Assembly (NCBI RefSeq): GCF_000008465.1
Contig: NC_006512.1
Coordinates: forward strand, 930,001-962,000
Reading direction: 5' to 3'
From: Idiomarina loihiensis L2TR
GTDB lineage: Bacteria; Pseudomonadota; Gammaproteobacteria; Enterobacterales; Alteromonadaceae
Length of the DNA: 32,000 nucleotides
Made by a program: the position numbers and the translations under genes. The notes under the pieces were generated by a model. It did no database searches. It had not been told where the DNA came from and saw only the letters and a list, made by a program, of their open reading frames with translations. Position 1 is the first letter of the stretch, and every line of letters starts with the position of its first letter. Below, piece after piece: positions 1 to 9,452 of this stretch.

Positions 1-476
1 CATAGCTTTATGCTCGTAGGCGTCTTCCAAACCGTCCAGCATCATATGATCCAGCACTTGTCCGTGCCCCATACGATAACCGCTGCGGCCTTTTGGCAGC
101 ATGTAAGGTGCATTCGACATGCTTTCCATGCCACCGGCCAGTACCACGTCTGCTGAGCCCGCTTTAATTAAATCGTGCGCCATCATTGCAGCTTTCAATC
201 CGGAGCCGCATACTTTATTAATGGTGGTCGCGCCCGTTGAGCGAGGTAGATCCGCATGCAGCATTGCCTGACGCGCTGGTGCCTGACCTAAACCGGCAGG
301 TAACACATTGCCCATGATTACTTCTGAAATATCATCGGCTGCTAAACCGCTGTTATTCAGCGCTGCTTTTATCGCGGTTGCGCCCAAATTGGGGGCGGTA
401 ACTTCACTTAAGCTGCCCTGAAAACCGCCCATTGGCGTACGGTTGGCCGCTACTATAACGATTGAATCGCTCGACA
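1..476 (-). CDS. acetyl-CoA C-acetyltransferase (thiolase), N-terminal part; gene runs off the left edge
   Basis: My reverse-strand translation from the ATG (complement of 474-476) reads [23 protein letters not shown]...[19 protein letters not shown]...[11 protein letters not shown]. This is a typical thiolase N-terminal domain with the NKVCGSG active-site Cys context. It is divergent from liuR. Confidence 0.85.
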
Positions 477-494
477 TTTTTCCTCCAAATGCAC

Positions 495-510
495 TTTACG
501 TTAACGTAAA
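495..510. promoter_or_regulatory. perfect 16-bp palindrome TTTACGTTAACGTAAA, candidate LiuR (MerR-family) operator
   Basis: Read directly: TTTACGTT|AACGTAAA is exactly self-complementary. It lies in the 79-bp divergent region between the thiolase start (476) and the liuR start (556). Confidence 0.55.
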
Positions 511-555
511 CTTCCTCTAAGCTTAGATCTTAGGACAACCAAAAAGCAAGTACCG

Positions 556-975
556 ATGAACAATAAAGTGACCTACAGTATTGGCGAACTGGCAAAAGAA
601 TTTGACATTACCACCCGCAGCATTCGTTTTTATGAGGACGAAGGCTTGCTTTCCCCCAGACGCCAGGGGCAACAGCGCATATATACCAACAAAGACCGGG
701 TTCGTTTAAAGCTGATTCTACGCGGCAAACGACTCGGTTTTTCACTGGCCGAAACCCGTCGTTTGTTCGAACTTTACGACGCGGATAATAGCAGTGCGGC
801 CCAGCTCGAAAAGGTACTTGAGCTGGTCAGTGAGAAAAAACACTCACTCAAACAACAAATGGAAGATATTAATGTGTTACTGACCGAACTCAGTGGTCTG
901 GAGCAACGTTGCCAAGACGAGCTCGAGAATATTCAGTCGTCAGTTTCAGAAGTTCATTCTCAGGAGTCGTTATGA
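556..975 (+). CDS. liuR: MerR-family transcriptional regulator LiuR
   Basis: 139 aa. N-terminal MerR HTH ([26 protein letters not shown]) followed by a coiled-coil dimerisation helix. It is the first gene of the liu cluster, and its stop overlaps the next gene's start (ATGA at 972-975). Confidence 0.85.
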   Translation: MNNKVTYSIGELAKEFDITTRSIRFYEDEGLLSPRRQGQQRIYTNKDRVRLKLILRGKRLGFSLAETRRLFELYDADNSSAAQLEKVLELVSEKKHSLKQQMEDINVLLTELSGLEQRCQDELENIQSSVSEVHSQESL

Positions 976-2141
976 TCAGTCAATATACCACCTTTAACTT
1001 TGGTCTCGGCGAAACAGCCGATATGATCCGTGAACAGGTTAATGCCTTCGCGCGTGATGAAATAGCCCCACGCGCCGCCGAAATTGATGAAAAAAATGAA
1101 TTTCCCGGCGATTTATGGCAGAAACTTGGCGACATGGGTCTGCTGGGCTTAACCGTTGCCGAAGAATATGGTGGTTCCGGCATGGGCTACCTTGAACATG
1201 TTATTGCTATGGAAGAAATTAGCCGCGCTTCTGCCTCGGTTGGCTTAAGTTATGGTGCCCATTCAAACCTCTGTGTTAACCAAATTCATCGCAACGGTAA
1301 CGAAGAACAAAAACAAAAGTATTTGCCTAAACTATGCACCGGTGAGCACGTTGGTGCTTTAGCTATGAGTGAACCTAATGCCGGTTCTGATGTAGTCAGC
1401 ATGAAATTACGTGCAGAGAAGAAAGGCGACAAGTACATTCTGAACGGTAATAAAATGTGGATCACTAACGGTCCGGAAGCTAATGTCTTTGTCATTTACG
1501 CGAAAACCGAACCCGAGAAGAACTCACGGGGCATTACGGCCTTTATCGTTGAAAAAGACACACCAGGATTCAGCCAGGCGCAAAAACTCGACAAACTGGG
1601 TATGCGTGGTTCAAATACCTGTGAACTGGTCTTCGAAGACGTCGAAGTCCCCGAAGAAAACATTCTGGGAGAGCTAAACGAAGGCGTTAAAGTGTTGATG
1701 AGTGGCCTTGATTACGAGCGCGCTGTTCTTGCAGCGGGTCCTTTAGGCATTATGCAGGCCTGCCTTGATACATGCGTACCTTATATTCATGATCGTAAAC
1801 AGTTCGGTAAAGAGATCGGCGAATTCCAGCTAATTCAGGGCAAAGTTGCTGATATGTACACTCGCACCAATGCGGCGCGTGCCTACGTTTACGCCGTGGC
1901 TCAATCTTGCGACCGTGGCGAGACCACTCGTAAAGATGCCGCCGGAGCAATTCTTTACGCCGCAGAATTAGCCACTCAGCTAGCACTGGACGCTATTCAG
2001 TTATTGGGCGGTAACGGCTACATTAACGAGTACCCCACAGGACGCCTGCTACGTGACGCCAAGCTTTATGAAATCGGTGCTGGTACGTCAGAAATTCGCC
2101 GTATGCTCATTGGCCGCGAACTGTTCACTGAATCCAAATAA
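972..2141 (+). CDS. liuA: isovaleryl-CoA dehydrogenase
   Basis: Acyl-CoA dehydrogenase family ([28 protein letters not shown]). I chose ATG 972 ([14 protein letters not shown]) over the ORF-track start at 909 because CAGGAG at 961-966 is a well-placed RBS and 909 lies inside liuR. Confidence 0.9.
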   Translation: MISQYTTFNFGLGETADMIREQVNAFARDEIAPRAAEIDEKNEFPGDLWQKLGDMGLLGLTVAEEYGGSGMGYLEHVIAMEEISRASASVGLSYGAHSNLCVNQIHRNGNEEQKQKYLPKLCTGEHVGALAMSEPNAGSDVVSMKLRAEKKGDKYILNGNKMWITNGPEANVFVIYAKTEPEKNSRGITAFIVEKDTPGFSQAQKLDKLGMRGSNTCELVFEDVEVPEENILGELNEGVKVLMSGLDYERAVLAAGPLGIMQACLDTCVPYIHDRKQFGKEIGEFQLIQGKVADMYTRTNAARAYVYAVAQSCDRGETTRKDAAGAILYAAELATQLALDAIQLLGGNGYINEYPTGRLLRDAKLYEIGAGTSEIRRMLIGRELFTESK

Positions 2142-2156
2142 TAAGGAGGCAACGCC

Positions 2157-3764
2157 GTGGCGATTTTATCCAGTAAAATCAACACCCGCGATGCACAATT
2201 TGCAGCTAACAGCGAGTCTATGCAGACCGTCGTTAACGACCTGCAGGAAAAAGCGGCAAAAATTCATCAAGGTGGCGGTCCGAAGTATCAGGAGCGCCAT
2301 TTGTCCCGTGGTAAGTTATTGCCCCGCGACCGTATTAATAAACTACTGGACGCGGGTTCACCGTTTCTGGAAATAGGTCAGTTTGCGGCCTGGGAATGTT
2401 ACGAAGACTACGTTCCTTCTGCTGGTGTGGTTGCCGGTATTGGTCAGGTTGAAGGCACTGAGTGCATGATCATCGCCAACGACGCCACCGTTAAAGGCGG
2501 TACTTATTACCCGCTAACCGTAAAAAAACACCTGCGCGCTCAGGAAATTGCCGAGCGTTGCCACCTGCCTTGTATTTATCTGGTGGACTCTGGCGGTGCT
2601 AATCTGCCCCGTCAGGATGAAGTATTCCCGGACAAAGAACACTTTGGTCGCATTTTCTTTAATCAGGCAAATATGTCAGCCAAAGGCATTCCACAAATTG
2701 CGGTGGTTATGGGTCTTTGTACCGCAGGCGGTGCTTACGTACCGGCTATGGCCGATGAAAGCGTCATTGTAAAAGAGCAAGGCACTATTTTCCTTGCGGG
2801 TCCGCCGTTAGTTAAAGCTGCAACAGGTGAAGAAGTCTCAGCCGAAGAGCTCGGCGGTGCCGATGTGCACACACGCATCTCCGGTGTTGCGGATCATTTT
2901 GCTCACAACGACGAACACGCTTTAGCCTTAGCGCGTCGCTCAGTAGCCCGCCTTAACCGCGGTGAACCAACTAAGCTCGACCGCCAGCCAGCCAAACCGC
3001 CGCGTTACGACGCAAAAGAGCTGTATGGCATTGTCGGCACTGACTTGCGTAAACCTTATGATGTACACGAAGTGATTGCGCGCATTGTCGATGACTCAGA
3101 CTTTGACGAATTTAAAGCCAATTATGGCAATACATTGGTGACCGGCTTTGCCCGCATTGACGGCTACCCGGTAGGCATTGTCGCAAACAACGGTATTTTG
3201 TTCTCTGAATCGGCACAAAAAGGCGCTCACTTTATTGAGCTTTGCGCCCAGCGCAAAATTCCACTGGTGTTCTTACAAAACATTACCGGCTTTATGGTCG
3301 GTAAAAAATACGAAGCCGAAGGCATTGCCAAGCACGGCGCGAAAATGGTGATGGCGGTTTCCTGTGCCAAAGTACCTAAGTTTACCGTGTTAATCGGTGG
3401 CAGCTACGGCGCCGGTAACTATGGCATGTGTGGTCGCGCCTATGACCCAACCATGATGTTCATGTGGCCTAATGCCCGTATCTCAGTTATGGGCGGTGAG
3501 CAAGCTGCAGGCGTTATGGCGCAGGTGACTAAAGACAACTTAGCCCGTAAAGGCGAAAGCTTAAGTGAAGAGAAAGAACAGGCGCTGAAAAAACCCATTG
3601 TTGAGCAGTACGATAAGCAGGGGCACCCCTATTATGCGTCAGCGCGCTTATGGGACGATGGCATTATTGACCCGGCACAAACGCGCGAAGTTCTGGCATT
3701 GAGCCTTGCCGCTTCATTAAATGCACCGATTGAAGACAGCCGCTTCGGCGTCTTCCGCATGTAA
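2157..3764 (+). CDS. liuB: 3-methylcrotonyl-CoA carboxylase, carboxyltransferase (beta) subunit
   Basis: 535 aa carboxyltransferase-domain protein. GTG start preceded by AGGAGG. Position in the liu cluster. Confidence 0.9.
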   Translation: MAILSSKINTRDAQFAANSESMQTVVNDLQEKAAKIHQGGGPKYQERHLSRGKLLPRDRINKLLDAGSPFLEIGQFAAWECYEDYVPSAGVVAGIGQVEGTECMIIANDATVKGGTYYPLTVKKHLRAQEIAERCHLPCIYLVDSGGANLPRQDEVFPDKEHFGRIFFNQANMSAKGIPQIAVVMGLCTAGGAYVPAMADESVIVKEQGTIFLAGPPLVKAATGEEVSAEELGGADVHTRISGVADHFAHNDEHALALARRSVARLNRGEPTKLDRQPAKPPRYDAKELYGIVGTDLRKPYDVHEVIARIVDDSDFDEFKANYGNTLVTGFARIDGYPVGIVANNGILFSESAQKGAHFIELCAQRKIPLVFLQNITGFMVGKKYEAEGIAKHGAKMVMAVSCAKVPKFTVLIGGSYGAGNYGMCGRAYDPTMMFMWPNARISVMGGEQAAGVMAQVTKDNLARKGESLSEEKEQALKKPIVEQYDKQGHPYYASARLWDDGIIDPAQTREVLALSLAASLNAPIEDSRFGVFRM

Positions 3765-3780
3765 TCGGAGGTTATTAATA

Positions 3781-4566
3781 ATGGCAAAATACACCAAGCT
3801 TGATATTAACGACCAGGGCGTTGCCACGCTGACATTGAACCGGCCTGACGTTCACAACGCGTTTGACGACGTGATGATCGCAGAGCTGCTGCAGGCGTTA
3901 AAAGAAGTTGAAGAAAGTGCCAGCGCGAGAGTGCTGGTGCTTCGCTCAGAAGGTAAAAACTTTTCTGCCGGTGCGGATCTTAAATGGATGCGCTCCATGG
4001 CCGATAAAAACTACCAGCAAAACGTGGATGACGCGGGTGAGCTTGGGCTGTTAATGGAGCGTCTGGACTTGCTCAGCAAGCCCAGCATTGCTTTAGTCCA
4101 GGGAGCCGCTTTCGGCGGTGCCGTAGGCCTGGCCGCTTGCTGTGACATTGTACTGGCGCAGCCGCGCAGCAGCTTCTGCCTGAGTGAAGTCAAAATTGGG
4201 CTTATTCCTGCGGTTATCAGCCCTTATGTTGTGCGTACTATTGGCGAGCGCCAGTCGCGTCGCTATATGCTCACCGCCGAGCGCTTCTTTGCCGACAAAG
4301 CACAGGAGCTAGGTCTGGTTAACGAAGTTGTAGAAGATTTCGAGGAGCCACTGAATAAGTTATTAGAAGCTCTTCTAGCCAATAGTCCACAAGCGGTAGA
4401 CGCCTGTAAGCAACTGATTCGCAATGTTGGTTCACGTCCAGTTGATAAAGACGTGCGTGAACACACCATTAAAGCCATTGCCGAAATTCGCGTGTCGGAA
4501 CAAGGTCAGGAAGGACTCAGTGCGTTTCTTGAAAAACGCCCCGCCGCCTGGCTTAAACAGAGTTAA
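3781..4566 (+). CDS. liuC: methylglutaconyl-CoA hydratase (enoyl-CoA hydratase/crotonase family)
   Basis: Crotonase fold motifs (FSAGADLKWM, GAAFGGAVGL). ATG 3781 (MAKYTKLDIN) preceded by GGAGG. The longer ORF-track start at 3721 lies inside liuB. Confidence 0.85.
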   Translation: MAKYTKLDINDQGVATLTLNRPDVHNAFDDVMIAELLQALKEVEESASARVLVLRSEGKNFSAGADLKWMRSMADKNYQQNVDDAGELGLLMERLDLLSKPSIALVQGAAFGGAVGLAACCDIVLAQPRSSFCLSEVKIGLIPAVISPYVVRTIGERQSRRYMLTAERFFADKAQELGLVNEVVEDFEEPLNKLLEALLANSPQAVDACKQLIRNVGSRPVDKDVREHTIKAIAEIRVSEQGQEGLSAFLEKRPAAWLKQS

Positions 4567-4580
4567 CAACAGGTCTCATT

Positions 4581-6551
4581 ATGATCAAAACATTATTGAT
4601 TGCGAACCGTGGTGAAATTGCCTGTCGTATTATTGCCACAGCTAAAAAAATGGGAATTCGCACCGTAGCGGTATTCTCCGATGCCGACCGTAACTCACGC
4701 CACGTTAAGCTGGCAGATCAGGCCGTACATATTGGTCCTGCAGCGAGCACGGACAGTTACCTGCGTGCGGACAAAATTATCGCCGCTGCTAAACAAACTG
4801 ATGCCGAAGCCATTCATCCTGGTTACGGTTTTCTCTCAGAGAACGAAGATTTTGCCGACCAATGTCAGGCTAACGATATAATCTTTGTTGGCCCGCCAGT
4901 ATCATCCATTGCCGCTATGGGTTCGAAGAGCGCGGCTAAATCCATTATGCAGGACGCCGGCGTACCTCTGGTTCCGGGTTACCACGGAAGCGAGCAGGAC
5001 ATTAAAACGCTAAAAGCAGAAGCTGAAAAAGTGGGTTTCCCGTTACTGCTGAAAGCGGCGTACGGCGGCGGTGGTAAAGGCATGCGTGTGGTCGAAAACA
5101 TGGGCGAATTCGATGACGCCCTGAATTCCGCCAAACGCGAAGCTAAGTCCTCTTTCGGCAATGATAAAATGCTGATGGAACGTTTTATTCGTAACCCTCG
5201 CCACGTAGAGATTCAGGTGTTCACCGATGAACACGGTAACGCCGTTTATCTAGCAGAGCGCGACTGTTCAGTGCAACGCCGTCACCAGAAGGTGCTTGAA
5301 GAGGCTCCTGCTCCGGCACTAACCGAGAAAACACGTACCGAAATGGGCGAAGCTGCCATTCGAGCAGCCCAGGCAATAAATTACGTTGGCGCCGGTACGG
5401 TTGAGTTTTTGTTCGACCAAAGTGGCGAGTTCTACTTTATGGAGATGAACACTCGCTTACAGGTTGAGCATCCGGTTACGGAGATGATCACCGGCCAGGA
5501 TTTAGTCGAATGGCAGTTGCTGGTCGCTTCGGGTCAGCCATTACCTCTGGCGCAAAATGACATTCAGGTAAACGGTCACGCGTTTGAGGCACGGATTTAC
5601 GCCGAAGACCCGGACAACGATTTCTTACCCTGCACAGGTACCATTAAGCATTTACGTACGCCTGCAGAAGAAAACGGCATCCGCATTGACACCGGTATTG
5701 AAGAAGGCGATGAGATATCTGCTTTCTATGACCCAATGATAGCTAAGCTGATTGTCTGGGACACCGATCGTACCCGTGCCCTGCTGCGTCTGCAAAAGGC
5801 TTTGCGTGAATATCGTTTAACTGGGTTAACGACTAACGTCGACTTTTTGCATCGTTTGGCTTCGCATCCTGAGTTTGTGAAAACAAACCTGACAACCGAA
5901 TTTATCCAGCAACATCAGGAAGAGCTTCTGCCCGATAGCTCGGTAAATTGTCAGCAAATTGCAACGGAAGCGGCTTTGTTTGATATTTGTCAGCGCCAAC
6001 AACAGCGTGGCAGTTCACCATGGCAAAGTGGTAATGCATTTAGAATGAACTCAGCGGCGACACATACGGTTCCACTGCAATTTGGCGAAGAAACCTACTC
6101 CATTTCACTAATAGAAACCGCTAACGGAGAGTTCCTGCAGCAAGTTGATGACGAAAGCATACAATGGCAGGCATCTTTAACCGACGACAAACTCACTCTG
6201 ACTGCCGGTAGTATGCGCTATCATCGCTATGTCAGTGCCGACGACCAGCAAATTACCGTATTCACCGATAACGGCCCTATGACTTTCCATCGACACCGCG
6301 TGACTGATACGCTGTCGGATGAAGCGGCCCATGGTGGTCACGTTGCCCCAATGAACGGGACCATCATGGAAGTACTGGTCAAAAAAGGCGATACAGTCAA
6401 GAAAGATCAACCGCTGGTCATTATGGAAGCCATGAAAATGGAGTACACCATTAAAGCTGGCCATGAAGGTGAAGTCACCGACGTCTTTTTCGCCGCGGGG
6501 GATTTGGTCAGCGACGGCGATGAACTGCTTACAGTGAGCGAAGCCGAATAA
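4581..6551 (+). CDS. liuD: 3-methylcrotonyl-CoA carboxylase, biotin carboxylase/BCCP (alpha) subunit
   Basis: 656 aa. Biotin carboxylase N-terminus (MIKTLLIANRGEIACRII), ATP-grasp region, and a C-terminal biotinyl domain with the EAMKME attachment motif. Confidence 0.92.
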   Translation: MIKTLLIANRGEIACRIIATAKKMGIRTVAVFSDADRNSRHVKLADQAVHIGPAASTDSYLRADKIIAAAKQTDAEAIHPGYGFLSENEDFADQCQANDIIFVGPPVSSIAAMGSKSAAKSIMQDAGVPLVPGYHGSEQDIKTLKAEAEKVGFPLLLKAAYGGGGKGMRVVENMGEFDDALNSAKREAKSSFGNDKMLMERFIRNPRHVEIQVFTDEHGNAVYLAERDCSVQRRHQKVLEEAPAPALTEKTRTEMGEAAIRAAQAINYVGAGTVEFLFDQSGEFYFMEMNTRLQVEHPVTEMITGQDLVEWQLLVASGQPLPLAQNDIQVNGHAFEARIYAEDPDNDFLPCTGTIKHLRTPAEENGIRIDTGIEEGDEISAFYDPMIAKLIVWDTDRTRALLRLQKALREYRLTGLTTNVDFLHRLASHPEFVKTNLTTEFIQQHQEELLPDSSVNCQQIATEAALFDICQRQQQRGSSPWQSGNAFRMNSAATHTVPLQFGEETYSISLIETANGEFLQQVDDESIQWQASLTDDKLTLTAGSMRYHRYVSADDQQITVFTDNGPMTFHRHRVTDTLSDEAAHGGHVAPMNGTIMEVLVKKGDTVKKDQPLVIMEAMKMEYTIKAGHEGEVTDVFFAAGDLVSDGDELLTVSEAE

Positions 6552-6583
6552 TAAGACATTATTAGAAGTAACCAGGAGTAATT

Positions 6584-7483
6584 ATGGCAATTGCAGAACA
6601 GATAAAAATCGTCGAAGTTGGTCCTCGTGACGGCTTGCAAAATGAAGCAGCTGTTTCTGTCGATGCAAAAGTTGCCTTAATTGAAGCGCTGGCAGAAGCC
6701 GGCGTTTCTTACATTGAAAGTGCCAGCTTTGTCAGCCCCAAATGGGTGCCGCAAATGGCCGACAGCCCTGCCGTTATGAAGCAGATTAAGCGTCGCCCTG
6801 GAGTGACTTACGCTGGTTTAACGCCCAATTTGAAAGGGTTTGAAGCGGCAGTTGCAGTCAACATGGACGAAGTCGCAGTGTTCGGTGCAGCATCGGAAGC
6901 CTTTGCCCAAAAAAATATTAACTGCAGCATCGACGAATCACTGGAGCGTTTTAAGCCAGTTATTGCCGCGGCTAAAGAAAAAGGCATTCCCGTCAGAGGT
7001 TATGTTTCCTGCGTTTTGGGTTGCCCTTACCAGGGTGAGGTTCCGGTAGAAAATGTGGTTAAAGTTGCAGAAGCTTTATACCACATGGGCTGTTATGAAG
7101 TATCGCTGGGCGACACCATAGGCGTCGGTACACCGCTAAAAGCTCAGGAAATGCTTGCTGCGGTGGCGGAAAAAGTCCCCATGGACAAACTGGCGCTGCA
7201 TTTTCACAATACATACGGACAAGCTTTGGCCAATATCATAGCCTGCCTGCCACTAGGTGTAGCCACCATTGACTCGGCCGTAGCTGGCCTGGGTGGTTGC
7301 CCATACGCTAAAGGCGCCAGTGGCAATGTTGCCACCGAAGACGTGGTTTACATGTTAAATGGTATGGGCATTAAAACCGGTATTGACCTGAACAAGTTAA
7401 TCGCGGCCGGAGCCGATATTTGTCAGCATTTAGCGCATGGCCCCCGCTCTCAGGTCGCAGTAGCAGAATTGGCAAAAGCTTAA
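6584..7483 (+). CDS. liuE: hydroxymethylglutaryl-CoA lyase
   Basis: 299 aa. HMGL-like TIM barrel start ([12 protein letters not shown]) and [12 protein letters not shown] metal-site motif. Confidence 0.9.
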   Translation: MAIAEQIKIVEVGPRDGLQNEAAVSVDAKVALIEALAEAGVSYIESASFVSPKWVPQMADSPAVMKQIKRRPGVTYAGLTPNLKGFEAAVAVNMDEVAVFGAASEAFAQKNINCSIDESLERFKPVIAAAKEKGIPVRGYVSCVLGCPYQGEVPVENVVKVAEALYHMGCYEVSLGDTIGVGTPLKAQEMLAAVAEKVPMDKLALHFHNTYGQALANIIACLPLGVATIDSAVAGLGGCPYAKGASGNVATEDVVYMLNGMGIKTGIDLNKLIAAGADICQHLAHGPRSQVAVAELAKA

Positions 7484-7505
7484 TTAGCAAAATAAGGGGA
7501 TTAAA

Positions 7506-9449
7506 ATGACTTCAGAAGCTTTATGGCAACCGTCAGCAGATACCATTGCTAATGCCCGCATGACAGACTTTCTACAACAAGTGAATACAGAAGAAGCCGC
7601 TGCGCTGGCCAATTATCACGACCTTTATCAGTGGTCCGTCGAGAACGACGAAAGTTTCTGGTCTATGGTGTGGGATTACTTTGATGTTATTGGTGAAAAA
7701 GGCTCTACGATAGTTACCGATAAAGAAAAAATGCCCGGTGCTCAATGGTTTCCTGAAGCCAGCCTGAATTTTGCCGAAAACCTGTTGCGTCATAAAGACG
7801 ATCATATTGCTCTAATTTTTCGCGGTGAGAATGGCACACGCCAGCAGTTAACTTATGCCGAACTCAACCACGAAGTTGCCGCTTTTGCCGAAGGTCTACG
7901 CCAACGCGGAGTTGAAGCCGGTGACCGTGTTGCCGCCATGATGCCTAACTGCATTGAGACCATAATTGGTATGCTGGCAACCACCAGCATCGGCGCTATC
8001 TGGTCGTCTTGCTCGCCAGACTTTGGCGTTCAGGGCGTGCTTGACCGTTTCGGTCAAATAGAACCTAAAGTTCTGATTACTGTTGATGGTTATTTTTATA
8101 ACGGCAAAAACCTCAACATAAAGAGCAAAACCGCCGATATCATTAAACAAATTCCCAGCATTGAAGCCACGGTGTTGGTTAATTTCAGCGAACAAAAAGA
8201 TCGCATAAAAGGCGACAAAATATTTTCATGGAGTGATTTTGGCGACGCTGAAAAGACCCAGATAGATTTCGCTCCACGCAACTTTAATGACCCGCTCTAT
8301 ATTATGTTTTCATCAGGTACTACGGGCGTACCTAAGTGCATTGTTCATGGTACGGGTGGTACCTTATTGCAGCACTTAAAAGAGCACGGTCTGCATACCG
8401 ACTTAGATCGTGACGACAATCTGTTTTACTTCACCACCTGTGGCTGGATGATGTGGAACTGGCTGGTCAGTGGACTGGCAGTGGGCGCAACCCTGACCTT
8501 ATTCGACGGTTCACCTTTTGCACCTAAACCTGAGTTTTTATGGGATGTGGCTGACGAAGAAGGCATTACCGTATTTGGTACCAGCGCCAAATATTTAGCA
8601 GCGCTTGAAAAAGAAGGCGTTAAACCGGGAGAAAGCCATAACCTGGAAAAGCTGCGCAGCATCTTAACCACGGGGTCGGTACTACCACCAGAAAGCTTTG
8701 ACTACGTTTACCGCGACATTAAAAAAGACCTGTGTCTGTCCTCAATATCAGGCGGTACGGACATTGTCTCCTGCTTTGCCCTTGGCTGCCCTATTCTGCC
8801 GGTTTACCGGGGCGAATTACAATGTCGGGGCCTTGGTTTAGCCGTTAACGTTTATGACGAGAACGGAAAGCCGGTTAAAGGCGAAAAAGGCGAACTGGTT
8901 TGTGAAAACTCATTCCCCTGCATGCCCGTAAGCTTCTGGAACGACGAGAATGGCGAACGCTACTTCAACGCGTATTTCGATAGATTTAAAAATACCTGGG
9001 CACATGGTGACTTTGCTGAGCTCACCGAGAACAACGGCGTTATTATTTACGGCCGTTCCGATGCCGTTCTTAACCCGGGCGGCGTACGTATTGGCACCGC
9101 TGAAATTTACCGTCAGGTAGAAAAGGTTGAGGAAGTATTGGAAAGTATTGCTATCGGTCAGCAATACGAAGATGACGAGCGCGTCATTCTTTTTGTAAAA
9201 CTCAGAGATGGCATAGAGCTTAGCGACGAACTTCGTCAAACCATTGCAAAAACCATTCGGGCCAACGCGACTCCGCGGCACGTACCTGCCGTAATTTTGC
9301 AGGTTGAGGACATACCCCGTACTATAAGCGGTAAGATAGTCGAATTAGCGGTACGTAATGTGGTTCACGGCGAGCCCGTGAAAAACACGGATGCTCTGGC
9401 AAACCCAGAGGCACTGGATTACTTCCGTGATAGAGAGGAGTTGCGTTAA
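7506..9449 (+). CDS. acetoacetyl-CoA synthetase (acetoacetate-CoA ligase)
   Basis: 647 aa acyl-adenylate-forming enzyme (IMFSSGTTGVPKCIVH AMP-binding motif). Its length and N-terminus are typical of acetoacetyl-CoA synthetases. It follows liuE after a 22-nt gap. Confidence 0.85.
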   Translation: MTSEALWQPSADTIANARMTDFLQQVNTEEAAALANYHDLYQWSVENDESFWSMVWDYFDVIGEKGSTIVTDKEKMPGAQWFPEASLNFAENLLRHKDDHIALIFRGENGTRQQLTYAELNHEVAAFAEGLRQRGVEAGDRVAAMMPNCIETIIGMLATTSIGAIWSSCSPDFGVQGVLDRFGQIEPKVLITVDGYFYNGKNLNIKSKTADIIKQIPSIEATVLVNFSEQKDRIKGDKIFSWSDFGDAEKTQIDFAPRNFNDPLYIMFSSGTTGVPKCIVHGTGGTLLQHLKEHGLHTDLDRDDNLFYFTTCGWMMWNWLVSGLAVGATLTLFDGSPFAPKPEFLWDVADEEGITVFGTSAKYLAALEKEGVKPGESHNLEKLRSILTTGSVLPPESFDYVYRDIKKDLCLSSISGGTDIVSCFALGCPILPVYRGELQCRGLGLAVNVYDENGKPVKGEKGELVCENSFPCMPVSFWNDENGERYFNAYFDRFKNTWAHGDFAELTENNGVIIYGRSDAVLNPGGVRIGTAEIYRQVEKVEEVLESIAIGQQYEDDERVILFVKLRDGIELSDELRQTIAKTIRANATPRHVPAVILQVEDIPRTISGKIVELAVRNVVHGEPVKNTDALANPEALDYFRDREELR

Positions 9450-9452
9450 TCC

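Noticed and set aside
517-530. Short palindromes CTAAGCTTAG and AGATCT next to the candidate LiuR operator
   Set aside because: These are 6-10 nt restriction-site-like palindromes expected by chance. The 16-bp palindrome is the far stronger operator candidate.
909-971. Longer ORF-track starts for several genes: ivd from 909, liuC from 3721, trmO from 15364, proS from 16183, DUF192 from 26199, cpaB from 30904, and the GVGD-repeat protein from 15236
   Set aside because: The extensions lie inside the preceding gene or add residues with no counterpart in well-known homologs. In each case an internal ATG/GTG with a better Shine-Dalgarno and a homolog-like N-terminus exists.
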